Shown here in pieces: positions 16,809 to 27,337 of a DNA stretch of 64,000 nucleotides. The first letter of the stretch is position 1, and each line of letters starts with the position of its first letter. Both the position numbers and the translations under genes were made by a program. The DNA is taken from the NCBI GenBank assembly GCA_028695135.1, contig JAQVJM010000004.1, forward strand, positions 1,696 to 65,695, read 5' to 3'. Origin of the DNA: Candidatus Moraniibacteriota bacterium (lineage in GTDB: Bacteria; Patescibacteriota; Minisyncoccia; Moranbacterales; UBA9337). The notes beneath the pieces are model-generated. The model did not search any database. It was not told where the DNA came from and saw nothing but the letters and a program-made list of their open reading frames with translations.

Positions 16809-18908
16809 ATGAAAAACGATTTAAAAAGCTTATTTGATCCGAAATCGATCGCTGTTGTCGGGGCGAGCGAAACGGAGGGGAAAATAGGATTTATAATTGC
16901 AAAAAATATTTTAAAACTGGGATTTAAAGGCGAAGTTTTTTTAGTTAATCCCAAATACGATAAATTATTCGGGGAAAAATGCTATGCTTCTTTGAATGAT
17001 ATCAAGCCCTCACCCCTAACCCCTCTCCCGGAGGGAGAGGGGAATCCTGTTGTCGATCTGGCGATAATCGTCATTCCCTCAAAATTTGTAAACCAAACCA
17101 TCGGGGAGGCCAAAGGAAAAGTGAAGAACTTCACGATTATTTCCGCCGGATTTTCGGAAACCGGAAAGGAAGGTAAAAAGAGGGAAAGAGAGCTTTCAAC
17201 ACTGGCAAAAAAGAATAAGTTAAATATTTTGGGACCGAACTGCTTGGGATTCATATCTCCTAAATTGAAATTAAACGCGTCTTTCGCCGGAGGGCTTCCG
17301 GAGGAGGGCAATGTCGCTTTCGTTTCCCAGTCGGGAGCGCTGGCCGTGGCTGTGATGGATGTGGCCAAAAAAGAGGAGATAAAATTTTCCAAAATAATTT
17401 CCATCGGAAACAAGATGCAGATAGGAGAGGCCGAGCTTATGGATTATCTGGAAAACGACGAAGACACGAAAGTTATAGCGATGTATCTGGAGGGAATCAG
17501 CAATGGCAAAAAATTCATAAAAATCGCTCGAAGAGTTTCCCGAAAAAAGCCGATCGTTGTTTTGAAATCGGGCAAGAGCGAAAAATCCCAAAAGGCGATT
17601 TCCTCGCATACGGGAGCGCTGGCGGGAAGCGACGAGATAATGGATGCGGCTTTCCGCAAGGCTGGAATAATAAGAGCTAATAATTTGGAAGAATTTTTCG
17701 GTTTTATAAAATTAGCTTCCAATTTCGGATCGGTAACAAGCCCTAAGACAGCCATCATAACCAATGCCGGAGGCCCGGGAGTCCTGGCCACGGACAGTTT
17801 CCATGGAAAAAATTTGGAACTGGTCGAATTTTCGGAAAAAACGAAAAATAAATTCAGGGAATTTTTGCCGGAAGAGTCTTCGGTGGAAAATCCGATCGAT
17901 CTTCTCGGCGATGCGAGAGAAGACCGGTATCAAAAAGTTTTGGAAATTTTGGATCAAGAGGATATCGGAAACATAATCTGCCTTATGACGGCTCAGGATC
18001 AGACTCCTACCGAAAAAATCGCCGAGACCCTTATTGATTTTTCAAGAAAATCTTCAAAAAACATCATTCCCGTTTTTGTGGGCGGGGAAAAAATGGAGAA
18101 GACATTCAAGATTCTTAACGACAACGATATGCCCAATTTTTCTTTTCCCAAGGAAGCTGTGGACGCCCTGGATCATTTCTATAATTGGTACATGAATAAA
18201 AGAAACGATCGGGAAAAAGAAATTCCGGATGAAAACGAAAGCAAAGAAGATATTTCCCGGATGATAGATAGCGTAAAGAAGAATAATAGAAGCGCGCTTC
18301 TCTTCGGCGAAGCGGCTGAAATCATGAAAAAATACAAAATTCCGGTCGTTGATTTTTCAAATATCGCGCTGAATGAAAAGATGCATTCCCGAATTGATTT
18401 TCCTGCTACGCTAAAAGTTGACAGCGACAAGGTTCTTCACAAGACTGATAAGCAGGGGCTCGTTCTGAATATCAAAAACATGGACGAGCTGGAGGAAACG
18501 ATCGGGAAAATGAGGAAAAATTTTCCCAAAGAAAATCTGATAATACAGCCGATGATAAAATATGAATCGGAAATAATTCTGGGAATGAAAAGAGATCCGA
18601 TTTTCGGACCGGTGATAGTTTACGGTCTGGGAGGAATCTATACCGAAGTTTTTAAGCTGGTTGATTTTTTGATTCTTCCGCTTTCCAAAAATGAGATAAA
18701 AAGAAGCCTCGAAAAAAGCAAAATCGGATTTTTGTTCAAAGAGACCCGAGGAAAGAAAATGGCGAATATCGATGAAATGGCCGGACTGATTTTCAATTTT
18801 TCCCGTCTGGCCAGAGATCAGAAAGATATAAAAGAAATTGATATCAATCCGCTTCTGATAGATAAAAAAGGAAAGATTTTGGCGGTGGATGTGAAAATAA
18901 TTTTATAA
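16809..18908 (+). CDS. Acetate--CoA ligase (ADP-forming), fused alpha/beta type
   Basis: PKSIAVVGAS, GPNCLG, SQSGA, SHTGALAG (catalytic His), TNAGGPG, NPIDLLGD, HKTD, EIDINPL. Confidence 0.92.
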   Translation: MKNDLKSLFDPKSIAVVGASETEGKIGFIIAKNILKLGFKGEVFLVNPKYDKLFGEKCYASLNDIKPSPLTPLPEGEGNPVVDLAIIVIPSKFVNQTIGEAKGKVKNFTIISAGFSETGKEGKKRERELSTLAKKNKLNILGPNCLGFISPKLKLNASFAGGLPEEGNVAFVSQSGALAVAVMDVAKKEEIKFSKIISIGNKMQIGEAELMDYLENDEDTKVIAMYLEGISNGKKFIKIARRVSRKKPIVVLKSGKSEKSQKAISSHTGALAGSDEIMDAAFRKAGIIRANNLEEFFGFIKLASNFGSVTSPKTAIITNAGGPGVLATDSFHGKNLELVEFSEKTKNKFREFLPEESSVENPIDLLGDAREDRYQKVLEILDQEDIGNIICLMTAQDQTPTEKIAETLIDFSRKSSKNIIPVFVGGEKMEKTFKILNDNDMPNFSFPKEAVDALDHFYNWYMNKRNDREKEIPDENESKEDISRMIDSVKKNNRSALLFGEAAEIMKKYKIPVVDFSNIALNEKMHSRIDFPATLKVDSDKVLHKTDKQGLVLNIKNMDELEETIGKMRKNFPKENLIIQPMIKYESEIILGMKRDPIFGPVIVYGLGGIYTEVFKLVDFLILPLSKNEIKRSLEKSKIGFLFKETRGKKMANIDEMAGLIFNFSRLARDQKDIKEIDINPLLIDKKGKILAVDVKIIL
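17007..17042 (+). repeat. Palindromic element inserted in-frame (PSPLTPLPEGEG)
   Basis: ccctcacccctaa-CCCCTCTCCC-gga-GGGAGAGGGG, a GC island in an AT-rich gene. Confidence 0.8.
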
Positions 18909-18981
18909 AAGCAGATTGATGCGGATAAAGATATGGATTAATGTGCAGACATATTGTTTTTTATAAAATGTGTTCGTATTT

Positions 18982-19029
18982 CTGGATCCCGGATTCCTCC
19001 AGAGGCGGACAGGCAAGTCCGGGATGACA
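18982..19029 (-). repeat. REP-like palindrome with a nested 19-bp insert
   Basis: Minus strand TGTCATCCCGGACTTG[CCTGTCCGCCTCTGGAGGA]ATCCGGGATCCAG. Confidence 0.7.
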
Positions 19030-19071
19030 TTTGATGATATAGTTAATGCATAAGCTGTATATCGCAGGGAA

Positions 19072-20799
19072 ATGAATTGGAAAATAAAAGAAAATAAAAA
19101 AGATTTAAAAACCGACGATAAAAACAGCCGGCCTTTTTCTTTGCATCCGGTCGTTTTGAAGATTTTGGCGCAAAGAGGGATAACAGGATCAGACGAGATA
19201 AAATCTTTCATTTTTCCCGATTATGACAAAGGGGTGCACAGCCCTTTTCTTTTTGAAAAAATGGAAAAAGCTATGGAGAGGCTGAAAAAGATTGACAGGA
19301 AAAAGGAGAAGATCCTAGTTTTCGGGGATTATGACGCCGACGGAATAACTTCGGCACTGATTGCCAAGAAATCTCTGGAAGAAGCCGGATTTGAAACTTT
19401 TGTCTATATTCCCCATAAAGAAAAAGAAGGGTATGGGCTTAACAGGAAAGCGATGGAAAAATTTCTGGAAAAAGGGGTGCGTTTGGTGGTTACCACCGAT
19501 TGCGGGATAGCCAACAAAAAAGAAATTGAGGATATGACAGGCCGGGGAGTCGATTTTATCGTGACCGACCATCATCACATCCCTCCGGAAATTCCCGATG
19601 CGATAGCGATCATCAATCCGAAGATGAAAGATTCCGGCTATCCTTTCGAGGATCTTTCCGGAGCGGGAGTTTCTTTCAAGTTCGCCCAAGCCGTTTATGA
19701 AACTTTTATTCCGGAAAAAAAAGAGCAGATAAAATGGCTTTTGGATCTGGTCGCCATAGGAACCGTAGCTGACCTAGTATCCCTCAGAGGGGAAAACAGG
19801 ATATTGGTAAAATTTGGTCTTTTAGTCCTTTCCAAGACCAAAAGAGTCGGTCTTCAGGAGATGTTTAAAGTCGGAAGGATCCTGGTCGATGAGAATAATT
19901 TTCCCGATTCCCAGAAGATTTCTTTCCAGATCGCTCCGAGAATAAACGCTGCCAGCCGGATGAGTCATGCCGAAAAAGCCCTTTTCCTCCTAGCGGAAGA
20001 TGATAGAGTGAAGGCCAGGGATATGGCGCTGGAATTGGAGGCGCAAAATTCGAGCCGGCAGAAAGAGACACAGCAGGTAGTTGCGGAAGCGGAGAAAATC
20101 GTAAGCAATATTTTCAAGGACAGAAACTTCATCTTTATCGCCAATGAGAATTTCCCGATAGGCACTGTGGGATTGGTTGCGGGAAAACTGGCGGATAAGT
20201 TCAGGCGTCCGGCGGCTATTCTTAAGAAAGGAAAAAAAACGAGCAAGGGATCTTTCAGGAGCATCTCTCAAATAAACATAATAGAGAATATAGAAAAATG
20301 CCGGGATCTGCTCCTTAAATATGGGGGCCATTCCCAGGCGGCGGGAATCACGATCAAGAATGAAAATCTGGAAAAATTTTATGACAAGATGGACGAAATC
20401 ATAAGCGAAGAGATAAAGGAGTTGGATCTGTCTCCGGAGGTGGAGGTGGATATGGAAATTTTCCCCGGGGATATAAGCTTCGGATTGGCGGAGGATCTCA
20501 AAAAGCTCGAGCCTTTCGGGCAAGGGAATAGGGAGCCTGTCTTTTTGATGAAAAATTTGTCGATCAAGGAGCTCAAGTGGTTGGGAAACGGGGAGAAACA
20601 TCTCAAATTGTTCCTCCAGCCGAAAAACAAAAGCCCCAAAATTTTTGAGGCGATCGGCTTTAGCATGCTCGAAAAATTCGGCGACATAAAGATCGGAGAA
20701 ACTATCGATCTGGTCTTCAATCTCGGCCAGGACGAATGGAACGGGAACAAGAAGATTCAGATGAAAATAATTGATTTGAAAACTTCGAAAACCGATTGA
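19072..20799 (+). CDS. recJ: Single-stranded-DNA-specific exonuclease RecJ
   Basis: GDYDADG, EGYGLN, TDCG, TDHH, IAPRINAASR, GGHSQAAG, LEPFGQGN. Confidence 0.97.
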   Translation: MNWKIKENKKDLKTDDKNSRPFSLHPVVLKILAQRGITGSDEIKSFIFPDYDKGVHSPFLFEKMEKAMERLKKIDRKKEKILVFGDYDADGITSALIAKKSLEEAGFETFVYIPHKEKEGYGLNRKAMEKFLEKGVRLVVTTDCGIANKKEIEDMTGRGVDFIVTDHHHIPPEIPDAIAIINPKMKDSGYPFEDLSGAGVSFKFAQAVYETFIPEKKEQIKWLLDLVAIGTVADLVSLRGENRILVKFGLLVLSKTKRVGLQEMFKVGRILVDENNFPDSQKISFQIAPRINAASRMSHAEKALFLLAEDDRVKARDMALELEAQNSSRQKETQQVVAEAEKIVSNIFKDRNFIFIANENFPIGTVGLVAGKLADKFRRPAAILKKGKKTSKGSFRSISQINIIENIEKCRDLLLKYGGHSQAAGITIKNENLEKFYDKMDEIISEEIKELDLSPEVEVDMEIFPGDISFGLAEDLKKLEPFGQGNREPVFLMKNLSIKELKWLGNGEKHLKLFLQPKNKSPKIFEAIGFSMLEKFGDIKIGETIDLVFNLGQDEWNGNKKIQMKIIDLKTSKTD

Positions 20800-21041
20800 T
20801 TTCTTATTATTAAGCGCAAAAACTTCTTTTTTGATTGTTTTTGGCATATTTACACACATACACCAGAATATCTCTATTCTGGAAAAACCGCCAAATGTTT
20901 GTGGACATTACCAAAAAAAGTGTTGCATCCTTTTTCGGATTTGTGGTATAATAATCTTGATAAAAATCTTTTTAAAATATAAATAAAACTTAACAAAAAA
21001 ATTGGCCGGCTTGCTCAGGCAATCTGTCAATAAGACAAAAA

Positions 21042-24000
21042 ATGAAGAAAATGAAAAATCTAATTAACTCGTTGGCGCTTTTGGCAATTCTGTCATTGGG
21101 CGCTTTTTCTGTCGCTGGCGCGCAGGAAGATTCAAGCGCCGATGAGGTAAATGGCAGCAATAATCCGGAAGATGCCATCGGGCTTCAATGGCCTGGGGAC
21201 GAAGCGACCAATGGAGTGGATTGTTTCGATTATTATACCTTTCAGTCGGTCAATGTGAGCATTAATCCGGAAAATGAAATTTACAGACCGAATGAAAGCG
21301 TCAAATTCGTGGGGCATATTACGAATGAAAATGACTATCCGGTCATAGACGGAAATGTCTATGTGCGGATAAGCAGATATAATGAGAACTTCGATACGGA
21401 AGGCCATGACGTAGTCGATGAATTTTTTGCGATGGAAGACATATCTTTAAATAAAAACAGCAGTGAAGATTTTGATTTCACATGGGATATCCCTGAAAAC
21501 ATTTCAGGGGGCGCTTATAATGCCGACCTTTTCTTTTCTGTCGGAAAAAAATTCAACTTGGGCGGATTGCCTTTTTCAAACGAAGTCATAGCGGGGACGA
21601 CGGCTTTTAACATAGAATCTGAAAACTCCAGCCAGATATATTTTAATAGAGACAAGACCATGATTGACGGTTCCAAATATATACATATCGGTTCATGGCC
21701 GAGGGTAGAGAGGAATGCTGATGTGGTTTTTTCGCAAACCTTGACTAATGATTTTGATGAAGATATAGAATCCAATATAACATTCGATACTTATTATTGG
21801 GACAGCTTGAATGAAAAAGACAAGATAAATTCAGAGACTATCTCAGTGAGTATTCCGGCTAATTCCGATAGAGAAATCAAATATACCATTTCCAATGCGG
21901 AGAGATCGGTATATTATCTGCAGACAGCCGCTATTTATAAAGACTCGAAATCAATCGTAAATACACGCTTTTCTGTAAATGATAGCGGTACTCCCCGCTT
22001 GAATTATCCGGCTATAACGAAATTTCCCTTGAAAAAAGGAGACAGTTTCACTCTTTTCTCATGCTTTCATAATACGGGCGGACCGAGCGCAGAGGGCTCG
22101 GTCGAGGTTAGATTGCTTGATAGCAAGGGGAACCTGATAAAAAGCGCTTCTTATGAGGGATTGATTCCTCCGGCTATGAGCGCGGTGAAAGAAGATATGA
22201 CTGCTTCCGGCGATTATGAAGATCTTGTTTTGGAGGCTTTTATAAAAGATAAAAACGGAAAAACCATAGATGAATATTCGGTAAAATATTCTTGCGATAA
22301 GCTGGGAGTCTGTAAAGAAAATGTTGCAAAAAGTCAGATTAAAAATAAGTTAAGCAGTCTGGATAAACTGTTTTATGTTTTCTTGGCTATAGCCGTAGTA
22401 TTTATATTGCTTATAATTATAAAAATCAAGCGAGGGGGGAAATTTATAGGGATGTTATTGTTCGCCCTTATTTTAGGAAGTGCTATCTTTTCCGCCAATC
22501 AGGCTTCGGCTGCTTCTGTCAATTCTTCCAAGGCTTATGATCATAGGTTTCATTTTAAAAGCACTCCCGTGTATATGAATATTGATGAAGGAACTGTGAC
22601 TCTCCATAATATTGTAAATGGTGCTTCCAGCATAAGTTGTGGAGGCTCTACGACTTACACATATGCCCCGACGCTTGAATTTTCCACATCGGGAGGCGAT
22701 TGGGACACTCCTTTTGGAAGATTCTGTGCTGACATCTACAATCCTGCATGTTTCGGATCCAATATAGTTACTCCCAATGCAGGCTCATCTCAGATAATAT
22801 ACTCGTCGCAAAACGGTCATTATGGCTATATTTATTGGACAGCGCAGATACCGACCGTGAGTTTAAGTTCCAGCAACACTTCCCTAGTAACCTGTAGCGG
22901 AATGACCTGTACGGCTCGACCGGGAGCGAGCGGAACGGCAAGCATAACTGCCAGTTTCGGAGGTTCCACTGCCAAGATATGGTCCGGAATCAGACTTTTT
23001 TATGATTCAGGGACAGTTCCGACAGAATTGGCAAATGGCTTATGGGGAATGCCGGCAAGGGTTCTAAACCGTTATTTTACTTCGCCAAGCGACAGAAATG
23101 TCGGTACCGCCAGCGGAGCGATCAGCACCAATTGGGAATCTTATCTTAATGGAAACGGAAAAAATACTTTAACCTTGGATGCCAAGTCGGTTTCGTGGAA
23201 TCTTACAGTCGGAAGCTGTGCCGTGAACGGTTCTTGCGGAACGAATGATCAAACCTATGCCACAACAACAACCTCTTGGCCTTCGACATCGAGTACGGCT
23301 TTCTGCGCTACGGGAACCGCTCCTTCTTCTAACCCGTCTTTTCCAGCTATGGGATCAAGCGTTACATGGAATTGCGCAGGCCAAAACGGTGGAACATCTG
23401 TAAGCTGTACGGCTGAAAGAAAATTGAATGGGGCTTGCGGAACTCGATCGGATAATTATTCCGCTACGGCCGACCCTCCTTATCCTTATACGACAACCGC
23501 TTGGCCGACAGGGTCTTCTTATTGTGCCAGTGGGACAGCTAGCGCCTCCCCGTCTTTCCCGGCGGCCGGATACAATGTTTCTTGGACTTGCAACGGAGCT
23601 TATGGAGGGACAAATGCCAGTTGTTCCGCAAGCAGAGTCGCTATTCCGGCTCCCACACTCAATCTTTCCGCTACGCCTCTGAATATCGGTGCAGGAGCAA
23701 GTACGACTTTAGCCTGGACGCCGACCAACGTTTCCTCTTGTACCGCCAGCGGGGCATGGAGCGGAGCAAAATCAACCGCAGCAAACTCTACCGAGTCGGT
23801 CACTTTGAATAATTCCGGAAATTACACATTTACTCTCACTTGTGCAGGAATAAACGGAACGAATATAAGCAGAAGTATTACTGTTACAGTTTCAAGCTGT
23901 GGAAGCAATGCCCGGACTTATCCTTATTCGACAACAACATGGCCGTCGACGGACATTTCCGCCTTCTGTTCATCCGCAAGTCCTGCTATCAGCAGTATCC

Positions 24001-24704
24001 CGAGTTTTCCTGCCGAGGGCGGAACTGCGACTTGGCAGTGCGGATATGGAAACACCGGAACTGACTTTAATCCAGTCGTGGATTGTTCGGCGAGAAGAGA
24101 AGCCTATGTTCCAGCACCGACCGTTTCGCTTACGGCTAATCCGGAATCTATTGAAGCGGGGGGAAATTCCAATTTGACATGGACAACCGCCAATGCCAGT
24201 TCCTGCTGGGCATCAGAAGGAACTACAGGTTGGGAAGGTTGGAGGTCCAATACGGGGGGAACGTGGAACACGGGCACTTTGAATAATATTGGAGAGTATA
24301 GATATATGATCGAATGTTGGAATAGCAACGGAGATCTTGCTACAAGTCAGGCTACTCTTAGGGTAAATCCTGCTAATCCCTGCGGGAATGGAGTATTAGA
24401 TCCAGGTGAAACATGTGATGACGGAAATACCATAGACGGGGATGGATGTAGCAGTACTTGTCAAACTGAATGTATTCTTGGCCAGAACTATGATTGCGCG
24501 TATTCTCCTACTGGACAAGCATGCGATGCAAGCAACTGCGGTACGACCATCACTACCAGTTATGCTAATTGTTATGATAGGTGTGATTCTACTACTACTG
24601 TTTCAAAAAGTCTCTGCGGAAGTTTATGCGTAGATCAAACTACAACTTGTCCGGCATGTCATACCTCAACAACCGAAGTCGGCGAGTGGACCGAAGTCAG
24701 ATAG
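21042..24704 (+). CDS. Large modular cell-surface protein (Ig-like domains, internal TM plus second signal-like segment, Cys-rich repeats)
   Basis: Signal peptide; TM near aa 443-460; three xxxCG..WP..C..PSFP..WxC repeats; [14 protein letters not shown] Ig-like units; [27 protein letters not shown]; ends GEWTEVR. Confidence 0.85.
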   Translation: MKKMKNLINSLALLAILSLGAFSVAGAQEDSSADEVNGSNNPEDAIGLQWPGDEATNGVDCFDYYTFQSVNVSINPENEIYRPNESVKFVGHITNENDYPVIDGNVYVRISRYNENFDTEGHDVVDEFFAMEDISLNKNSSEDFDFTWDIPENISGGAYNADLFFSVGKKFNLGGLPFSNEVIAGTTAFNIESENSSQIYFNRDKTMIDGSKYIHIGSWPRVERNADVVFSQTLTNDFDEDIESNITFDTYYWDSLNEKDKINSETISVSIPANSDREIKYTISNAERSVYYLQTAAIYKDSKSIVNTRFSVNDSGTPRLNYPAITKFPLKKGDSFTLFSCFHNTGGPSAEGSVEVRLLDSKGNLIKSASYEGLIPPAMSAVKEDMTASGDYEDLVLEAFIKDKNGKTIDEYSVKYSCDKLGVCKENVAKSQIKNKLSSLDKLFYVFLAIAVVFILLIIIKIKRGGKFIGMLLFALILGSAIFSANQASAASVNSSKAYDHRFHFKSTPVYMNIDEGTVTLHNIVNGASSISCGGSTTYTYAPTLEFSTSGGDWDTPFGRFCADIYNPACFGSNIVTPNAGSSQIIYSSQNGHYGYIYWTAQIPTVSLSSSNTSLVTCSGMTCTARPGASGTASITASFGGSTAKIWSGIRLFYDSGTVPTELANGLWGMPARVLNRYFTSPSDRNVGTASGAISTNWESYLNGNGKNTLTLDAKSVSWNLTVGSCAVNGSCGTNDQTYATTTTSWPSTSSTAFCATGTAPSSNPSFPAMGSSVTWNCAGQNGGTSVSCTAERKLNGACGTRSDNYSATADPPYPYTTTAWPTGSSYCASGTASASPSFPAAGYNVSWTCNGAYGGTNASCSASRVAIPAPTLNLSATPLNIGAGASTTLAWTPTNVSSCTASGAWSGAKSTAANSTESVTLNNSGNYTFTLTCAGINGTNISRSITVTVSSCGSNARTYPYSTTTWPSTDISAFCSSASPAISSIPSFPAEGGTATWQCGYGNTGTDFNPVVDCSARREAYVPAPTVSLTANPESIEAGGNSNLTWTTANASSCWASEGTTGWEGWRSNTGGTWNTGTLNNIGEYRYMIECWNSNGDLATSQATLRVNPANPCGNGVLDPGETCDDGNTIDGDGCSSTCQTECILGQNYDCAYSPTGQACDASNCGTTITTSYANCYDRCDSTTTVSKSLCGSLCVDQTTTCPACHTSTTEVGEWTEVR

Positions 24705-24731
24705 GGATTCGAGATAAAAACAAAAACCGAG

Positions 24732-24766
24732 AAAACAGCCCTGAAAAAGATAGGGGCTGTTTTTTT
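24732..24766 (+). terminator. Intrinsic terminator
   Basis: AAAACAGCCCT-gaaaaagat-AGGGCTGTTTTTTTT. Confidence 0.8.
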
Positions 24767-24829
24767 GTAAATAAAATTCGAGGAAATGCCGATTTGAAAA
24801 ATAAATCGAATTAAGCTAATATTTAATAG

Positions 24830-25972
24830 ATGTCAGATAAAATTATGCTAGACAGGCTTTTAAAATTAGATTGGGTGCTTAATATTTCCGCTTTTTTGCT
24901 TTTAGGTATAGGGCTCTTGGCTCTTTACAGCATTTCTTTGTCCGAAAAAGAAACCGGGGGTATAAATATTTTTTTCAGACAGGCCGTTTTCTCTTTGATG
25001 GGGCTATCCGTATTGATAATTTTTTCCTTCGTCGACTACAGGCATTTCAGATCCTACAGCACGATAATATATTTTTCTATGCTGGTTATATTACTTGCGG
25101 TTCTTGTTTTGGGATCCGTAGTCAGGGGGACGACGGGATGGATAAGTGTCGGCTCCGTAAGCGTTCAGCCGGTTGAGCTGGCCAAGATTTTTCTAATCCT
25201 ATCTCTGGCCAGCTTCATAACGAAAAGCAAAGGAATCCTGAGCGAGGCTTCCAGATTGACAGTGGCTTTTGCATTAGGCGGAGCGGCTGTTTTTTTAGTC
25301 TTGATGCAACCGGATTTCGGAAGCGCCTTAGTCCTGATGATCATATTGCTGGCGATGGTTCTTCTCTCCGGAATAGGATGGAAATATTTGGCGGTAATGT
25401 TTTTTTTGGGAATGGCGTCGATAATCCTAGGGTGGTTCTTGCTTGCCGATTATCAGAAGGACAGGCTTATCAACTTTGTCGATCCTGGCAATGATCCCAA
25501 AGGAAGCGGATATAATGTGATCCAATCGGTGATTGCGGTAGGATCGGGAGGTATGAGCGGAAAAGGGCTGGGGCACGGCTCGCAATCCCAGCTTAATTTT
25601 TTGCCGGAAAATCATACCGATTTCATATATGCGGTTATCGTTGAAGAATTCGGGGTATGGGGTTCAGGGGCGATACTCTTTCTTTTTTTTATAATATTTT
25701 ATAGAATGAAAAAAATTGCTGAAACTTCCATCGATAATTTCGGATATCTCATAGTCGTAGGAAGCATGGGGATGTTTTTTATCCAGATAATGATAAATGT
25801 GGGAATGAATATCGGAATAATGCCGGTAACCGGAATTCCGCTGATATTTTTGAGTTACGGAGGAAGTTCCCTGGTCTCATCCTTTATGATTTTGGGAATT
25901 CTTAATAATATTTATATTACGGGAAAATCGACGATCAAAGGAAAGGTCGATCCGGATTATGAATTCAATTGA
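24830..25972 (+). CDS. rodA: Rod shape-determining protein RodA (SEDS)
   Basis: QPVELAK, QPDFGS, GSGYNVIQSVIAVGSGG, LPENHTDF, PVTGIPLIFLSYGGSS. Confidence 0.93.
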   Translation: MSDKIMLDRLLKLDWVLNISAFLLLGIGLLALYSISLSEKETGGINIFFRQAVFSLMGLSVLIIFSFVDYRHFRSYSTIIYFSMLVILLAVLVLGSVVRGTTGWISVGSVSVQPVELAKIFLILSLASFITKSKGILSEASRLTVAFALGGAAVFLVLMQPDFGSALVLMIILLAMVLLSGIGWKYLAVMFFLGMASIILGWFLLADYQKDRLINFVDPGNDPKGSGYNVIQSVIAVGSGGMSGKGLGHGSQSQLNFLPENHTDFIYAVIVEEFGVWGSGAILFLFFIIFYRMKKIAETSIDNFGYLIVVGSMGMFFIQIMINVGMNIGIMPVTGIPLIFLSYGGSSLVSSFMILGILNNIYITGKSTIKGKVDPDYEFN

Positions 25973-26033
25973 TTTTCGGTAAATTTTTATTTTGAGTATT
26001 GATTTTTAAACCAGTCTGTGTATAATAGCTATT

Positions 26034-26333
26034 ATGAAAGGACAAGAGCGCGGCTTAAAACATTTGACCAAGTGTCCATTGTGCAAGGCGAAGTACAGCC
26101 ATTCGCAAGCTTCTGTGTTGGAAGAAAATGAGATGAGGACGGTTTTTCATCTGACTTGCAGCAAGTGTAACAGCGCGGTTCTGGCTTTCGTTTCGAGCAG
26201 CCAGCAAGGTATAGTCAGCTTGGGAGTGGCGACCGATCTTACCGGCCAAGAAGCCAAAAAAATGATCAAGGAAAAGCCGGTGAGTCCCGAACAAGTTTTG
26301 AAGGTTTACGAATATTTTAACCCCCGCTCTTAA
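26034..26333 (+). CDS. Zn-ribbon hypothetical protein
   Basis: CPLC...HLTCSKC, TDLT motif. Confidence 0.75.
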   Translation: MKGQERGLKHLTKCPLCKAKYSHSQASVLEENEMRTVFHLTCSKCNSAVLAFVSSSQQGIVSLGVATDLTGQEAKKMIKEKPVSPEQVLKVYEYFNPRS

Positions 26334-26452
26334 ATGTTCAAATTTAAGTCGAGGGATATTTACCGGTAAATAAATTTTTTAAATAATTTGAAATTTGATT
26401 TACAGAAAGGATAATAGGAAATTTTTCTGTGGATGAGTTTCTTTTTTTGTTT

Positions 26453-27148
26453 ATGCAAGATATAGTTTTGAAAGCAACTTCCAGGGATTTGGAAAAGAAC
26501 AATCTGGAAGGCAATAGGAGCAAGGGATTGGTGCCGGCTGTTCTGTATGGCCAGAAGGCGGAAAATATGAATCTGTGGGTCGATTTGAAAAATTTTATGA
26601 AAGCTCACAAAAAAGCCGGAGAAAACACTATCATAGAGCTGGAGATCGATGACAAGAAGAAGGAAAATGTCCTTATTTATGATTTTCAAGAGGATACTTT
26701 GACGGGCGATCTGCTTCATGTAGATTTTTACAGAGTCGATATGTCCAAGAAAATCGAAGCCGAGATCCCTATCAATTTCGTAGGTGAATCTCCGGCAGTC
26801 AAAGAGCAGGGAGGAGTTTTAGTCAAAAATATTGACGAAATCGAAGTCAGATGCTTGCCCGGGGATATTCCCCAAAGCTTTGATGTCGATGTTTCCGTGT
26901 TAGCTACCTTCGAAGATCGCATAGCGGTCAAAGACTTAAAAGTTTCGGATAAGGTGGAGATAGATATTGATCCGGAAACGGTCATTGCGTTGGTGACTCC
27001 TCCGAGAAGCGAGGAAGAGATGGCCGCGCTTGATGAAAAGATCGAAGAAGATGTTTCTAAGGTTGAGGGAGTAGAAAAAGAAACCAAGGAAGAAGAAGGT
27101 GAAGAAGCGAAGGAAGGCGAGAAGCCGGCTGAGGAAAAATCTGAATAA
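26453..27148 (+). CDS. rplY: 50S ribosomal protein L25/Ctc
   Basis: VPAVLYG, LLHVDFY, GESPAVKEQGG, acidic tail; start placed at ATG 26453. Confidence 0.96.
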   Translation: MQDIVLKATSRDLEKNNLEGNRSKGLVPAVLYGQKAENMNLWVDLKNFMKAHKKAGENTIIELEIDDKKKENVLIYDFQEDTLTGDLLHVDFYRVDMSKKIEAEIPINFVGESPAVKEQGGVLVKNIDEIEVRCLPGDIPQSFDVDVSVLATFEDRIAVKDLKVSDKVEIDIDPETVIALVTPPRSEEEMAALDEKIEEDVSKVEGVEKETKEEEGEEAKEGEKPAEEKSE

Positions 27149-27205
27149 GGAATTAAAAAAACTTCCGATAGGCGCCCCGTTCTTGCGGGGCGTTTTTTTA
27201 TTCTT

Positions 27206-27276
27206 CTACGAAATTACCTGCCCGAAATGCTACGCATATCGTTGCAGGCGGGCAAATCCATTGCAAATATACGAAT
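27206..27276 (+). repeat. TACAAAT-type element arm interrupted by a 36-bp CCTG...GGCGGG insert (copy 1)
   Basis: ctacgaaatta[CCTGCCCGAAATGCTACGCATATCGTTGCAGGCGGG]caaatccattgcaaatatacgaat. Confidence 0.85.
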
Positions 27277-27337
27277 TAAGATTGACTGTTAAAATATATC
27301 TTTTCGAGAAATTTGATTTATGCTAAAATGAGTACTG

